Origin: an uncultured virus (IMG/VR IMGVR_UViG_3300043568_000902)
Lineage: Duplodnaviria; Heunggongvirae; Uroviricota; Caudoviricetes
Virus record (IMG/VR): IMGVR_UViG_3300043568_000902
Reading direction: 5' to 3' (one strand)
Length of the DNA stretch: 64,000 nt
Shown here: piece after piece, positions 19,158 to 27,898 of the stretch
Layout: each line of letters starts with the position of its first letter
How positions within the stretch are numbered: the stretch's first letter is position 1
Position numbers and translations under genes: made by a program
The notes under the pieces: model-generated
What the model was told of the DNA's origin: nothing
The model's input: only the letters and a program-made list of their open reading frames with translations
Databases searched by the model: none

Positions 19158-19862
19158 ATGAACAATACTACCATACAAATAAAGATTAAGGAGCGACTCA
19201 ACAAGCTTGATAGCCAAGACTATGACAACTTTGAATGTTGGCAAATAGTTGAGGCTTTTAATAAAGCTCAAGTAGAGTGGGTGCGCCGTCAACTTGTTGG
19301 TAATAATATTCTTAAACAAGGAGATGAGCAGAGTAACCGCAGGATTGATGATCTTATGGTTATGCTTAAATCCGAAAATCTTGCTTTTACTTATGCCAAT
19401 AATCATGTTATTACGGAGACTATTCCTGTTGATTGGATGGAGTATAAGAGAATAGATGTAAAGGCAGTAAGTAAATGCTGCAATGAGGAAAAAGATATTG
19501 TGGTATATTTAGCAGAGGAAGCCAACGTTAGTGTTTTACTTAACGATTTTTTACGTAAACCAAGCTTTGAATGGCGTGAGACTTTTGCAACCATGATGTC
19601 AAATAAAGTTAAAGTGTACACCAATGATGAGTTCACTGTAAAATCTATTAAAGCAACTTATTATAAAATTCCAGCAAGAATTCAAATTTTGGGTTGTGCA
19701 GATCCATACACCCTACAAACATCAACAGAAGAAGTATTATGCGAATTTCCAGATGACGTAGTAGAAGTATTGGTAGATGTAGCAGCATCAATTCTTGCAG
19801 GAGATATAGAATCATTTAATCAATATACCCGGGAGTCTACAGCTTCTGAGCAAAATAACTAA
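19158..19862 (+). CDS. Tail ring/head-tail connector protein
   Basis: LNKLDS, AFNKAQ, RRIDDL and CEFPDDVVEVLVDVAA motifs; ~230 aa at the crAss-like ring-protein position. Confidence 0.7.
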   Translation: MNNTTIQIKIKERLNKLDSQDYDNFECWQIVEAFNKAQVEWVRRQLVGNNILKQGDEQSNRRIDDLMVMLKSENLAFTYANNHVITETIPVDWMEYKRIDVKAVSKCCNEEKDIVVYLAEEANVSVLLNDFLRKPSFEWRETFATMMSNKVKVYTNDEFTVKSIKATYYKIPARIQILGCADPYTLQTSTEEVLCEFPDDVVEVLVDVAASILAGDIESFNQYTRESTASEQNN

Positions 19863-19864
19863 TC

Positions 19865-20455
19865 ATGGCTGAACAACCAAGAAATTTATTAAAGAGAGAA
19901 GTTGTTGGTACAACAGCACCACAAACAACTTTAAAAAAAGCAATACCTACTAAAGGTAAGAATATACTTTTATCAGATGATTGTGTTGAGTATTTAAACT
20001 ATCGTGTTCAGCAAGAAGAATACTCAGGTAGAATTTACTTGGCTATGTCTATGTGGTTGGATAATAATGGTTATGTTAATGCTGCTAAACTATGGCGCAG
20101 ATATTCTAATGAGGAAATGGCTCATTCAGATATAGCACGTACTTACTTGCTATCTATGGGTGTACAACCAATGACTCCTAAGTTAGATGCACCTAACCAG
20201 AATTTTAATGGTCTTCCTGAAATTATAGAAATGTCTTATGAACATGAGATTACTATAACTAAACAAATCAAAGAGTTAGCTGGAGACGCTATGAAAAAAG
20301 CAGATCATATGTTATATGAGTTTGCTTTAGCTTATTTAAAAGAGCAGGTAGAAGAGCATAATAAAATGCAAAACTGGGTTGACCAGTTAAATGCATTTGG
20401 TACAGATCAGATAGCAATGCGCTTGCTTGATCATGAGATGAAAGATTATTTGTAA
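19865..20455 (+). CDS. ftn: Non-haem ferritin (FtnA-like) with ~35-aa N-terminal extension
   Basis: QQEEYSGRIYLAMSMW, EEMAH, YEHE and LKEQVEE reproduce the ferritin ferroxidase ligands. Confidence 0.88.
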   Translation: MAEQPRNLLKREVVGTTAPQTTLKKAIPTKGKNILLSDDCVEYLNYRVQQEEYSGRIYLAMSMWLDNNGYVNAAKLWRRYSNEEMAHSDIARTYLLSMGVQPMTPKLDAPNQNFNGLPEIIEMSYEHEITITKQIKELAGDAMKKADHMLYEFALAYLKEQVEEHNKMQNWVDQLNAFGTDQIAMRLLDHEMKDYL

Positions 20456-20523
20456 AAATTTGGAGAATTTAAAAGTTCTTCTTATATTATATATATATTT
20501 ATAACCCTTAAAAACAAAAAACA

Positions 20524-21879
20524 ATGGCTTATTTTAATCATGCCTTTCAAAAGATGTTTGTAGGAACCGATGGGTTTACTACAACAGGAGGTTTGTCTAG
20601 TTCGGCATTTACTCCAGAAAATCGTGCTGGACAATTTACTTTTGTGGATCCTAAGACTTGGGTAACACCAGCTGACTTAGCGGGACCAACAACTACAAGT
20701 TGTCCTCTAGTGTTAATTTCAACTTCTATTCACCCAAATGACAAGATTGGTAAATTCCACGGTGGATATTCTGAGACTGTAAAGTCTAAGACTATTAACC
20801 CTAAGTATGTATCATCTTTCTATGTTGTTGATGACTGTCCTGCTCAACAAGCTCAAATTACTGTTGGTGCTAACCAAAACAATTGGGATAATGATGGTCC
20901 TTGTAATGCAAATTCAGGAACTGTTGTTAACAAAACTTTCCTTTGTGGTGAAAACTACGATTTGCGTTTAGATATTAAAGGATCTCCAGCATTGCGTTTC
21001 TTAACTCGTAATGACTACTACACTACAAGTGCTTACACTGGATGTTGCCCTGATGATGTAATTGCACCAGTAGCTGTTAATCCATTGATTGTTTACTCTA
21101 AATGGGCTTATGATTTGTTGAATAGCCCACTTATTAACCCATTCATTCAAGTTGCAGTTACTTACTCAACTGATGGTGGAACTACATGGGAAGCTCTTGC
21201 TGCTATTAATCCAACTCTTGGACCAAACTACAACCCTAATGCATCGGTTGAAAACCTTCTTCCATATGTACTAGGTGGAACTGCTCTACCAGCTAATGCT
21301 ACTCCTGAAGATACTTTAGCAGGATTGATCATTACTGGAGCTTATGAAGATACTCGTTTTGGAGATTGTACTTTCTACCCAAATGATTCTATCATTGCTT
21401 TCTTAGAGCCAGTTAAGCTTTATGCTTCTGAAGTAGATAACAATGGTGATCCATGTACATTTGGTGGAGTTTGTGTATACAATAGCTGTGATGCACTTCA
21501 ATTAAAAGGAACAGGAGAAAATGTTATCCGTGACCTTATCTTAACTGAAGGTTACATGCAACAACCTTTCTATACTGGTCAAGACTTGCGTATCCGTGAG
21601 ATTACTAACGGTACAGATGTTTATGATGCAATTAGCAGAACATCATTCTATACTCGTTACTATATCCAGCACAATGTGCCACGTTTCAACAACCCAACTG
21701 GAACATTTGACAATGACCAGTACTTGTTAGAAATTGTAACAGATGGTCGCGATACAGATTTTGAAGATTTTGTAACAGCATGGTTGGAGAATGCAGGTTC
21801 AGGTTGTACAGTATTAACTGAGTATACTTGCCCAGACTACTGTACTCCAGTAGCTCCTGAAACTCCAGTACTACCTTAA
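20524..21879 (+). CDS. Auxiliary capsid/structural protein
   Basis: High-expression codon bias, own leader and terminator; position matches the crAss-like auxiliary capsid gene. Confidence 0.55.
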   Translation: MAYFNHAFQKMFVGTDGFTTTGGLSSSAFTPENRAGQFTFVDPKTWVTPADLAGPTTTSCPLVLISTSIHPNDKIGKFHGGYSETVKSKTINPKYVSSFYVVDDCPAQQAQITVGANQNNWDNDGPCNANSGTVVNKTFLCGENYDLRLDIKGSPALRFLTRNDYYTTSAYTGCCPDDVIAPVAVNPLIVYSKWAYDLLNSPLINPFIQVAVTYSTDGGTTWEALAAINPTLGPNYNPNASVENLLPYVLGGTALPANATPEDTLAGLIITGAYEDTRFGDCTFYPNDSIIAFLEPVKLYASEVDNNGDPCTFGGVCVYNSCDALQLKGTGENVIRDLILTEGYMQQPFYTGQDLRIREITNGTDVYDAISRTSFYTRYYIQHNVPRFNNPTGTFDNDQYLLEIVTDGRDTDFEDFVTAWLENAGSGCTVLTEYTCPDYCTPVAPETPVLP

Positions 21880-21896
21880 TCTTAACCAATACTTAT

Positions 21897-21940
21897 AAAA
21901 AAGGGAGGGAGCAAAAAAACTCCTTCCCTTTTTATTTTTT
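21897..21940 (+). terminator. Rho-independent terminator, possibly bidirectional
   Basis: AAAAAAGGGAGGGAG-loop-CTCCTTCCCTTTTT followed by a T run. Confidence 0.85.
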
Positions 21941-21966
21941 ACCTTATATCTTTGTAACTTAGTACT

Positions 21967-22524
21967 ATGGCACAACATCAATTAGCTTTAGAATTTCCAG
22001 ATACCTTAAGTAACTGTTTACTACGTATAGTAGACATGACTACCTATAATCAAAATGTACCAGTAGAGTGTCCTAAGTTGCAAATTACAGCACCTGGATT
22101 TACTACAAGTGCCGAGATTACTGACATGGGTACTGAGTTTGCAGTAAATCTTACTGCATGTGATTTAGGATTACAGCTTACAAACTGTGATACATATAGA
22201 AATGATATACCAGATGGGGTATATGTTATTCGCTACAGTGTGGCGCCTAATGATGTGGTATATGTAGAGTACAATCATCTACGTATATCTCAGGCATTAA
22301 ACAGAATTAATGATTTGCTTTGTTGCTTAGATGTTCCTAATTGCGAGCCAGTAGGACCTATTCAACAAAAGTTGCGGGAAATAAACCTCCTATCAACAAT
22401 GCTAAAAGCAGCTAAAGCAAAAGTAGAGTATTGTCATAATCCTACAGAGGGTATGGCAATATATACATACGTAATGTCTCAACTTAAAAAGTTAGCTTGC
22501 GGATGTGGATGTGGTACATGTTAA
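21967..22524 (+). CDS. Tail hub-like structural protein
   Basis: IPDGVYVIRYSVAP motif, helical C-terminus ending CGCGCGTC; synteny. Confidence 0.55.
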   Translation: MAQHQLALEFPDTLSNCLLRIVDMTTYNQNVPVECPKLQITAPGFTTSAEITDMGTEFAVNLTACDLGLQLTNCDTYRNDIPDGVYVIRYSVAPNDVVYVEYNHLRISQALNRINDLLCCLDVPNCEPVGPIQQKLREINLLSTMLKAAKAKVEYCHNPTEGMAIYTYVMSQLKKLACGCGCGTC

Positions 22525-22545
22525 TAATTTAAAAACCAACATATT

Positions 22546-22674
22546 ATGAAATGTGCAAATTGTGGAGCAGCCTTGAGTTGTGGCTGCCAAAAGAGAACAA
22601 GTAAAGATGGGAAACAAGTGTGTACAAAGTGTATACACTCCTATGAAGCAAAAAAGCAAGAAGCTAAAAAATAA
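22546..22674 (+). CDS. 42-aa Cys-rich micro-protein (CxxC-x5-CxC-x11-CxxC), not in ORF track
   Basis: MKCANCGAALSCGCQKRTSKDGKQVCTKCIHSYEAKKQEAKK; has the AAACCAAC leader and fills the gap. Confidence 0.7.
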   Translation: MKCANCGAALSCGCQKRTSKDGKQVCTKCIHSYEAKKQEAKK

Positions 22675-22677
22675 ATA

Positions 22678-24597
22678 ATGGGGACATATAGACTAAATGA
22701 TTGTGCTGGATTATTACCAGATATCTATACGGATAGTATATTAACACCTACTATAGATAGTTATGAAGGTAAGGTTATATATACCCAACAATATCCAAAC
22801 ACTTGTTGGGAAGTAATTAAAGATTCCGCACCTACACCAGAAACACTAGGTGTTTTATTTAGCTATGATATATGCCAAGATTGTTTAGATGCTTTAGATA
22901 CCCAATGCGGATGTCCACCTGGATATACCTATAACGTAGCTAATGAGCTATGTGAAAGCTCAACATCAGTATGTCCTGAAGGTTATACGTACAATGCTGA
23001 AACTGGATTATGCGAAGCTCCTGCAGAACCTTGTGAATTAGATTTAGCAATTGTAGTTGATAGGTCAGCTTCAATTAATTCAACAGAACTTGTTAGTTAT
23101 AAGTCATTTCTTGAAGCTATAATAAATGGTATACAGGACAATGGTGACACCAATAGAATTACTACTGACCAAATAAGAGTTGCTATAATTTATTTTGGCA
23201 GAACTTCTCCTATAACAACAACATCAACAATTGGATTAGCAAATATACCATTAGAAGTTGGAAGTGCTAGTGTATGGCAACCTGCATCAAATGGTGGTAT
23301 GTTAAAAGCTAGTGTGAGTGCAATGTCAACAACAACTGAAAGTACATGTACTTATTCAGGTTTAAGAGCTGCTTATGAAGAATTAGTATCAGGTACAAAT
23401 GCTAGAGTTGGTGCGGCAAAAAGAATTTTATTTGTAACAGATGGTTGGCCTAACTGGCATGATCTTAATCCTGTAGCAGCAGCTGGTATTAGTAGTACTC
23501 CAGTTACATTCAATGGTATTACACCCGCTAATATAAATTATTCAGATGCTGGTTGTACAAGTGAAGGTGGTGTAGTTGGATTAACAAGTAGTTCACCAGC
23601 ACCTTTAAATATTTGTCATAATATAACTGATTTATCAGGAAATCCGAATACCAGCACATTAGTTGTAAATAAAAGAAAAGCTTACACTGATGCCATGGAT
23701 TTAGCTCAAGATATTAAAAATGGTACTGGTGTAGATTGCACAATACCAATTCCTATAACATTAATTATTGTAGGAAGTGATTGCGATAGAACAGCTACAA
23801 AAGGGGCATTTGTAGGAGCAAATCCTACAGGTACAGATCCTAATGATTATTGCTATTTTAATGTAAACACATGGTCAACTTGTACTGGTACAACAACACT
23901 AAAATACTGGGACGCCTCCTATGAATACACAGATGGTGGTGGTAATTGGTTAAGATTTCCAAGTAATAATGCAGCAGGTACACCAGATTATTTTGAAACA
24001 GAATTTACATATAACTCTACCATTATTGATGGTATTTTAAGTAGTTTGATATGTATTGAAACAGAAGACCCAGCAGCATGCAATAGCCCTTGTGTATTAA
24101 ATGAAACTACAGGAGAGTGTGAATGTGTTACTACAAACTATGTAACTTGTTGCTATGATTTAATTAACTGTGAAGACGGTAGTGTTTACGCAACAGTAAA
24201 TACTAATAACTTAACCTATGATTTTCTTGCGCAATATGTAGGAAGCGTTATAACTTTTGAGGGTCTTCCTATTTGTTTATGGGTAGAAACTTCAGATAAT
24301 TGTTCTAACTCTACACCTATTGAGAATCTTGCTAATATTCAGCAATATGCTACTTGCCAAGAATGTCAAAGTATTAACTCTTGTTATTTATTAACTAACT
24401 GTAATAATCCAGAAGTTACTCTTTACACATATCAAGATTTAAGTCTTGTTTCAGGTAATGTAGTTGAGCTTTCAGATTATCCAGGATTATGTTGGACTGT
24501 ATTAAAAACATTCAATTGTCCTGGTCCATTTACTACAGTAGCAATAGTTAATACATATGAAGATTGTGAATGTTGTTTTCAATATCAATGCGTATAA
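22678..24597 (+). CDS. Cys-rich fibre protein with an inserted von Willebrand factor A domain
   Basis: DLAIVVDRSASI (MIDAS DxSxS), TYSGLRAA, ILFVTDGWPN; two CPxGYTYN...LCE repeats; three Cys-rich modules. Confidence 0.75.
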   Translation: MGTYRLNDCAGLLPDIYTDSILTPTIDSYEGKVIYTQQYPNTCWEVIKDSAPTPETLGVLFSYDICQDCLDALDTQCGCPPGYTYNVANELCESSTSVCPEGYTYNAETGLCEAPAEPCELDLAIVVDRSASINSTELVSYKSFLEAIINGIQDNGDTNRITTDQIRVAIIYFGRTSPITTTSTIGLANIPLEVGSASVWQPASNGGMLKASVSAMSTTTESTCTYSGLRAAYEELVSGTNARVGAAKRILFVTDGWPNWHDLNPVAAAGISSTPVTFNGITPANINYSDAGCTSEGGVVGLTSSSPAPLNICHNITDLSGNPNTSTLVVNKRKAYTDAMDLAQDIKNGTGVDCTIPIPITLIIVGSDCDRTATKGAFVGANPTGTDPNDYCYFNVNTWSTCTGTTTLKYWDASYEYTDGGGNWLRFPSNNAAGTPDYFETEFTYNSTIIDGILSSLICIETEDPAACNSPCVLNETTGECECVTTNYVTCCYDLINCEDGSVYATVNTNNLTYDFLAQYVGSVITFEGLPICLWVETSDNCSNSTPIENLANIQQYATCQECQSINSCYLLTNCNNPEVTLYTYQDLSLVSGNVVELSDYPGLCWTVLKTFNCPGPFTTVAIVNTYEDCECCFQYQCV

Positions 24598-24600
24598 AAT

Positions 24601-25647
24601 ATGGCAACTTGTATCGGAGTATTAACACCTTGTCCTAGTGGAGATCCAATCTATATAAGATTGGGTTTAGACACTACAAGCTTTTACAGTGCTTGGTTAG
24701 CATTTTTAAATAGTTCTATAACTATTGATGCTGTACCATTTACTGGTATTACATGGTATTTTGATTCTATATGCTGTGATGATGGTTCATGTCCAAACTA
24801 TGAAAGCTATAGTGCACTTGCTGTACCAGCTCCTGATCCTAATAAAGTTACAATATTTTCATCTGAGCCTTGTAATCAGACTACTATAGATACATGTTGC
24901 GCCTTATTAACAAATTGTGTTACTAATGAAACACTATATGTTACAGTTGGTCAAAGCGGCTCATCAGAATATGTTGGGTGGTCTGCATTAGTTGATACAC
25001 TAATTACAGATAACACAGAAACCTACTCTGGAACTTGGTATGTAGATGGTATTTGTTGTACACAAGCTGAAGTTGATCCATGCAATACACCTAACTCATG
25101 TTCACTAGGTAGTGTACTATTATCATATTTAGATACTACAAATGTTGGTAGTGGTGCATGTCCTCCAGTATGCTATAAAATAACAAACTGTAAAACAACA
25201 ATTTTTTATTATACGTTTACTAATTTATATGCATATGTAAATTCAGTAATTACCGTAGAAGAATATGAGGGCTGTTGGTCAGTAGAATTATCAGAAGGCT
25301 GTACTGAATTTAATACAGTGGATGTAACACTAATACAAGGTTATGACGACTGCTTATGTTGCCTTGGCCCAGAACCTCCTAAATATACCAGAATTATACC
25401 TGCTCCAAATAGAATATTCTATAAGACTCCTTCGCAATGTGATATTAGAACTAATACTCAATTTGCTGATGCTTATTATAGAATGTTTAAAAATTTAAAG
25501 TACGGTATCAATAGCGAATGTGACGTTAATATTGAAAGAATCACGATTAAAAAAGAGCTAGCTGACCTAGCGGCAACATATTACTTACCGGCTTGCGGCA
25601 AAATTCTCGTTGAGCCTACTCCAATTATTTGCCCAGAACCTAGTTAA
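24601..25647 (+). CDS. Cys-rich fibre/hub protein
   Basis: Three modules of the C..LTNC...W.V...C type, shared with the previous gene. Confidence 0.55.
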   Translation: MATCIGVLTPCPSGDPIYIRLGLDTTSFYSAWLAFLNSSITIDAVPFTGITWYFDSICCDDGSCPNYESYSALAVPAPDPNKVTIFSSEPCNQTTIDTCCALLTNCVTNETLYVTVGQSGSSEYVGWSALVDTLITDNTETYSGTWYVDGICCTQAEVDPCNTPNSCSLGSVLLSYLDTTNVGSGACPPVCYKITNCKTTIFYYTFTNLYAYVNSVITVEEYEGCWSVELSEGCTEFNTVDVTLIQGYDDCLCCLGPEPPKYTRIIPAPNRIFYKTPSQCDIRTNTQFADAYYRMFKNLKYGINSECDVNIERITIKKELADLAATYYLPACGKILVEPTPIICPEPS

Positions 25648-25676
25648 AACGTAAATTTTTTTGTAAATTATATATA

Positions 25677-27188
25677 ATGGCAACACCAATTCAACCGACA
25701 AATACACAAGCAGGATGTAATCCTGTTTCAAGTAACTGCGTAATCTGGCAGGGGCCAGATATTCCATGCATTACATTATGCAAAGGGGATAGCATTTCTG
25801 ATGTTACATATAAGCTTGCAACAGAGCTTTGTACTCTAGTTGATCAACTAGATATTACAGGATTTGATGTAAGTTGCTTTCCTCCTATTTGTCCTAAGCC
25901 TGAAGATATTCACGACCTTATTCAATTTATCTTAGATAAATTATGTGAGTTACAAAATGCACAGGGTGGAACAACTCCTGAGATTCCAGCATGTCCTGAT
26001 ACTTGTATAGTAACAGTTGCTCCTTGTTTTTACTACCCAAATCAATTTGGGCAACAAGTAACAACAATGACACTTACTGAGTATGCAACAGCTATTGGAG
26101 GTAAAGTATGTGAAATTTTAGATACTTTAGCAGCTAATGATATTTTTATAAAAAGCTTAGATAGTAGATTAAAAAACATTGAGGCTTGTGATCCTTGTAA
26201 TCCAGTTATTCCACCTTTATTAGTACCAGCTAGTTGTTTAACAGGAAGTACAAATACACCAATTGTAAGCTTTGTTCAAACTTTAGAAAATGAAGTTTGT
26301 GAATTAAAAGATGCAGTTGTGGGTAATGGTGCAATTGCACAAACTGTAGTAAATGCTGCATTAGCTCAACAATGTGAAGGCCTTGAAGGAACTGCTCCAT
26401 TATCGCAACCATATGGTGCAATGGGACTTATCCCAGGATGGGTTACTGCAGCAAGTGGTGATTTTACTACATTATCAGCGGCAGTGCAAAACTTATGGAT
26501 TACAGTATGCGATATGAGAACTGCATTACAAAATGTAGTTACTAATTGTTGTAATGCTTGTAATCAAGTTATGTTAGATATGAGTAACTCATCTTATGAC
26601 CCTGCTACATATACACTAACTGTAGATTTTGTAGGAAGCGTTCCTGGTACATTAACACCAATAGGAAATCTATTTATTACAATTAGAGATTGCGCTGGTG
26701 TTTCTTTCTCGTATGATACAGGTAGCGATCTTGTTACTTTACTAGGTACTAGTATCAGTTTAGACTTATCAGTTACCGCACCAGGAACTTTTAACTTAGG
26801 TTGTATTGGTTCAAATGCTTATATGATTTCTGTTACAAACGTTAATCTTATGACAACTCTATCTGGTGAAAAGTGTAATCTAGTATTTACAGAGTTTGTA
26901 GCAGGAGATGCTGTTCCAGCATTAACTATTACTCCGGTATCAAATACAGAACTTAGAGCTACATTTACACCTACATATACAGGTCCTGTAACTTATTACT
27001 TAGAGTTGTGGAATAATACATTTACTGGAATTGTTTCTAGTACAGTGATTAACAATCCTCCTACTGGAATAGCTTACAATCATACATTTGGTGGCTTAAC
27101 TACTGCAACCACATATCAAACTAGAATGACAATGGTAGCTGGTGCTTCGGCTGAAACCGGACCATTTTATTCTGGTACAACTTTATAA
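25677..27188 (+). CDS. Cys-rich tail fibre protein with a C-terminal FN3-like domain
   Basis: SNCVIWQGPDIPCI start, coiled-coil segments, HTFGGLTTATTYQTRM FN3 signature. Confidence 0.65.
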   Translation: MATPIQPTNTQAGCNPVSSNCVIWQGPDIPCITLCKGDSISDVTYKLATELCTLVDQLDITGFDVSCFPPICPKPEDIHDLIQFILDKLCELQNAQGGTTPEIPACPDTCIVTVAPCFYYPNQFGQQVTTMTLTEYATAIGGKVCEILDTLAANDIFIKSLDSRLKNIEACDPCNPVIPPLLVPASCLTGSTNTPIVSFVQTLENEVCELKDAVVGNGAIAQTVVNAALAQQCEGLEGTAPLSQPYGAMGLIPGWVTAASGDFTTLSAAVQNLWITVCDMRTALQNVVTNCCNACNQVMLDMSNSSYDPATYTLTVDFVGSVPGTLTPIGNLFITIRDCAGVSFSYDTGSDLVTLLGTSISLDLSVTAPGTFNLGCIGSNAYMISVTNVNLMTTLSGEKCNLVFTEFVAGDAVPALTITPVSNTELRATFTPTYTGPVTYYLELWNNTFTGIVSSTVINNPPTGIAYNHTFGGLTTATTYQTRMTMVAGASAETGPFYSGTTL

Positions 27189-27198
27189 AATATAAACT

Positions 27199-27756
27199 AT
27201 GGCTTGCTCAACTTGTAAATCAACAAATACCACATGCGGTTGTAAGGATGTTCCCCTTACAACTGCACCTTCATATACCTGTCCTCCTGATATCAAATGT
27301 CCGGATCCAACTCCATGCTATGAGACTATTCAGGATACCTGTGTAAAACACAGCTTAGATTATAGTATAGCAAACTTTGGTAGACTATTAGCTAATGGTG
27401 ATCCATATCCTACATTAGCAGCAGGAGCTTCTCTTGAGAATGCATATCAAGCTATGTCAGTAGAAATACTTGATGAGGCTTGCTTACCTCCTGTAAATGT
27501 TCATCCTAGTTATGTTGGAACTACAACAATAGTTTTAAACTGGGAAAACACAGGAGCTGGTTATTATATTGCAGCTATAGGAACTACAGAAACTGGCCCA
27601 TTTACACCAACAGTAAACTTATCTGCAACTACTTATACATTTGTAAACCTTAACCCAAGTACAAGATATTACTTTAAAGTACAATCATATTGTAATGGTG
27701 GTAGTGATTTTTCATTTGGAGCTACTATAGCAATAACTACAAAATCAGCATTATAG
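27199..27756 (+). CDS. Cys-rich protein with an FN3 domain
   Basis: PPVNV...TTTIVLNW...YTFVNLNPSTRYYFKVQS is a canonical FN3 pattern. Confidence 0.75.
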   Translation: MACSTCKSTNTTCGCKDVPLTTAPSYTCPPDIKCPDPTPCYETIQDTCVKHSLDYSIANFGRLLANGDPYPTLAAGASLENAYQAMSVEILDEACLPPVNVHPSYVGTTTIVLNWENTGAGYYIAAIGTTETGPFTPTVNLSATTYTFVNLNPSTRYYFKVQSYCNGGSDFSFGATIAITTKSAL

Positions 27757-27788
27757 TCCACGTTTGTTGGTTTAGCGTGACTAACCAA

Positions 27789-27822
27789 GAGAGACCCTCA
27801 AGCAAAGGCTTGGGGGTTTTTC
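27789..27822 (+). terminator. Terminator-like hairpin
   Basis: GAGAGACCCTCAAGC-AAAG-GCTTGGGGGTTTTTC. Confidence 0.75.
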
Positions 27823-27898
27823 ACTAATATTTGTTTCTCAATCGATTAAGTATTACTTTTAAAGCTGGAAGAAATTTTGTAAATTATAATAGGAGAAT

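Noticed and set aside
15035..20455. Encapsulin operon (shell protein plus ferritin cargo)
   Set aside because: The shell gene is a 546-aa phage MCP flanked by terminase, portal and tail genes; no encapsulin targeting peptide recognised
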